Shown here: positions 62,812 to 64,000 of the stretch, one piece after another
How the letters are laid out: each line of letters opens with the position of its first letter
Position numbering within the stretch: the first letter of the stretch is position 1
Origin: Gemmatimonadales bacterium
Lineage (GTDB): Bacteria > Krumholzibacteriota > Krumholzibacteriia > LZORAL124-64-63
Reading direction: 5' to 3'
Assembly: GCA_019038745.1 (NCBI GenBank)
Contig: JAHOYV010000049.1
Span: 6,739-70,738 of the forward strand
Length of the DNA: 64,000 nucleotides
Made by a program: the position numbers and the translations under genes
The notes under the pieces: model-generated
What the model saw: only the letters and a program-made list of their open reading frames with translations
Told to the model about the DNA's origin: nothing
Databases searched by the model: none

Positions 62812-63999
62812 ATGACCCAGGCTTCCTCAGTAAGCATTGCTTCATACAGGGACACACCAGAAGGCAAAGCGGAGAACCTGAATCTCGATCGCATGCAGGC
62901 GGTGCAGGCGTTTAACGCTCGGCTGGTTTTCATGAACGTGGACGAATCCTCATACGAGGAAATCGTCAAGGGTGTCCGGCGGGTAATCGGTTGTGATTGT
63001 TGCGCCTTGTTTCTGCATGACGCTACCCGGGGCGAACTAGTGCTCAAGGGCTCGGTGGGCTACGATGGATTGCCGGAGGGCCTTTCCATTTCTTGCCAAA
63101 CCCTGGACAGTCTGCACGCTCAAGCCTTCCGTGAGGAATATCTCATCCACCTGGATGATCTTTCGCAATCCACCCACATAACTACTCTCTCGGGGGATTT
63201 GGGCAGCAATCTGGTCTTGCCGGTGATTTCCCAAAAGGGACCGTTCGGTGTGCTGGATCTCGGCAACCTGGAACCCTCCAGTTTCACTGACTCGGAGATA
63301 GGCATGTGCAATATGCTTGTCGACCAGATGTCCTACTCGCTGGAAAACATGCGCTTGGTACTGGAGCTGCGTAACAGTCGGGATGCGGTGATCAGGGGGA
63401 TGGCGCTTCTTTCCGAGATCAGGGATTCCCACATTGAGGGTCACTTGAACCGGATCTGCGCGATGAGCAGCTACTTGGCCGAACAAATGGCCGAGACCGG
63501 CGGCTATCCCGAGGTTACGCCGGATTTCATTGACACAATTTCGCGGTCGGCTTCCCTTCACGATGTGGGCAAAGTCGGCATCCCGGATTCGATTCTTTTG
63601 AAACCAGGCAAACTGACTCCGGCCGAATACGAGATCATGAAATCCCACGCGGCAATCGGGGGCAAAATCCTATCCGGTTTGATCGATGAGTTCGGGGCCT
63701 ACGACATGATCACGATGGGAGCCGCGGTTGCCGAATATCACCATGAGTGGTGGGACGGAACGGGTTATCCCCGCGGGTTAAAAGGCATCCAGATTCCCCT
63801 GTCGGCCAGGATACTGGCTATCTGTGACGTGTATGATGCTTTGGCCAGCCTTCGTGTCTACAAGGAAGCATGGGATTACGATCGGGTAAAGAAGACCATC
63901 CAGGATTTGGCCGGAACCCAATTTGATCCGGACTTGGTGGAAATATTTCTCCAGAATCCCAAGGAACTGGAGGCTATCCGCGCCAAGTATTCCGACTAG
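62812..63999 (+). CDS. GAF-domain + HD-GYP phosphodiesterase-type protein
   Basis: N-terminal GAF, then an HD-GYP (SASLHDVGKVGIPDSILLKPGKLTPAEYEIMKSHAAIGGKIL...HHEWWDGTGYPRGLKG). Confidence 0.85.
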   Translation: MTQASSVSIASYRDTPEGKAENLNLDRMQAVQAFNARLVFMNVDESSYEEIVKGVRRVIGCDCCALFLHDATRGELVLKGSVGYDGLPEGLSISCQTLDSLHAQAFREEYLIHLDDLSQSTHITTLSGDLGSNLVLPVISQKGPFGVLDLGNLEPSSFTDSEIGMCNMLVDQMSYSLENMRLVLELRNSRDAVIRGMALLSEIRDSHIEGHLNRICAMSSYLAEQMAETGGYPEVTPDFIDTISRSASLHDVGKVGIPDSILLKPGKLTPAEYEIMKSHAAIGGKILSGLIDEFGAYDMITMGAAVAEYHHEWWDGTGYPRGLKGIQIPLSARILAICDVYDALASLRVYKEAWDYDRVKKTIQDLAGTQFDPDLVEIFLQNPKELEAIRAKYSD

Positions 64000-64000
64000 A

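Overview
This is a high-GC (roughly 58-60%) bacterial chromosomal window, densely coded on both strands. I found no rRNA, tRNA, CRISPR array, transposase or integrase. From 1 to about 53 kb the window is dominated by signal transduction and envelope functions. These comprise three multi-domain sensor kinases and a TPR-containing regulator with a sigma54-activator-type AAA+ domain whose ATPase and sigma54-contact motifs are degenerate. There is a chemoreceptor-like protein, two ECF sigma/anti-sigma operons and a REC-GGDEF(GGDDF) protein. Secreted or lipoprotein TPR proteins, an S8 protease and a CBM9/DUF5916-like protein are also present. Metabolic genes are interspersed among them: a fused CcsBA cytochrome c synthase, a PLP decarboxylase, a CCA enzyme, a Mur ligase and an L,D-transpeptidase. 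A fused Ptb-Buk with a second Ptb and rubrerythrin, GlgP, a rhodanese-methyltransferase fusion, YchF and a GT-C/PMT-like glycosyltransferase complete the set. From about 53.4 to 62.7 kb lies a co-directional housekeeping cluster: rho, rpmE, DUF1385, prfA, prmC, murA, selB and ispG. It is followed by a GAF-HD-GYP phosphodiesterase. The supplied ORF track lists only complete ORFs and uses the longest ATG/GTG/TTG start. I adjusted several starts and recovered an edge-truncated sensor kinase gene at 1-840 on the minus strand that the track misses. The most unusual observations are as follows. (i) The chemoreceptor-like protein has a long Pro/Ala/Glu-rich tail carrying four copies of an SNIFMLGKKK-type motif. 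(ii) A family of GC-rich TTCCCCCGGGGGAA-type palindromes recurs in intergenic regions, one of them a 48-bp perfect palindrome. (iii) An 855-bp gene-free region has an AT-rich island followed by a GC-rich non-coding segment. (iv) A regulator with a TPR-rich N-terminus and a sigma54-activator-type AAA+ domain has degenerate Walker A, Walker B and GAFTGA motifs. (v) A histone-deacetylase-family enzyme is fused to an unassigned 270-aa domain. All calls rest on reading the translations and DNA by eye; no database searches were run.
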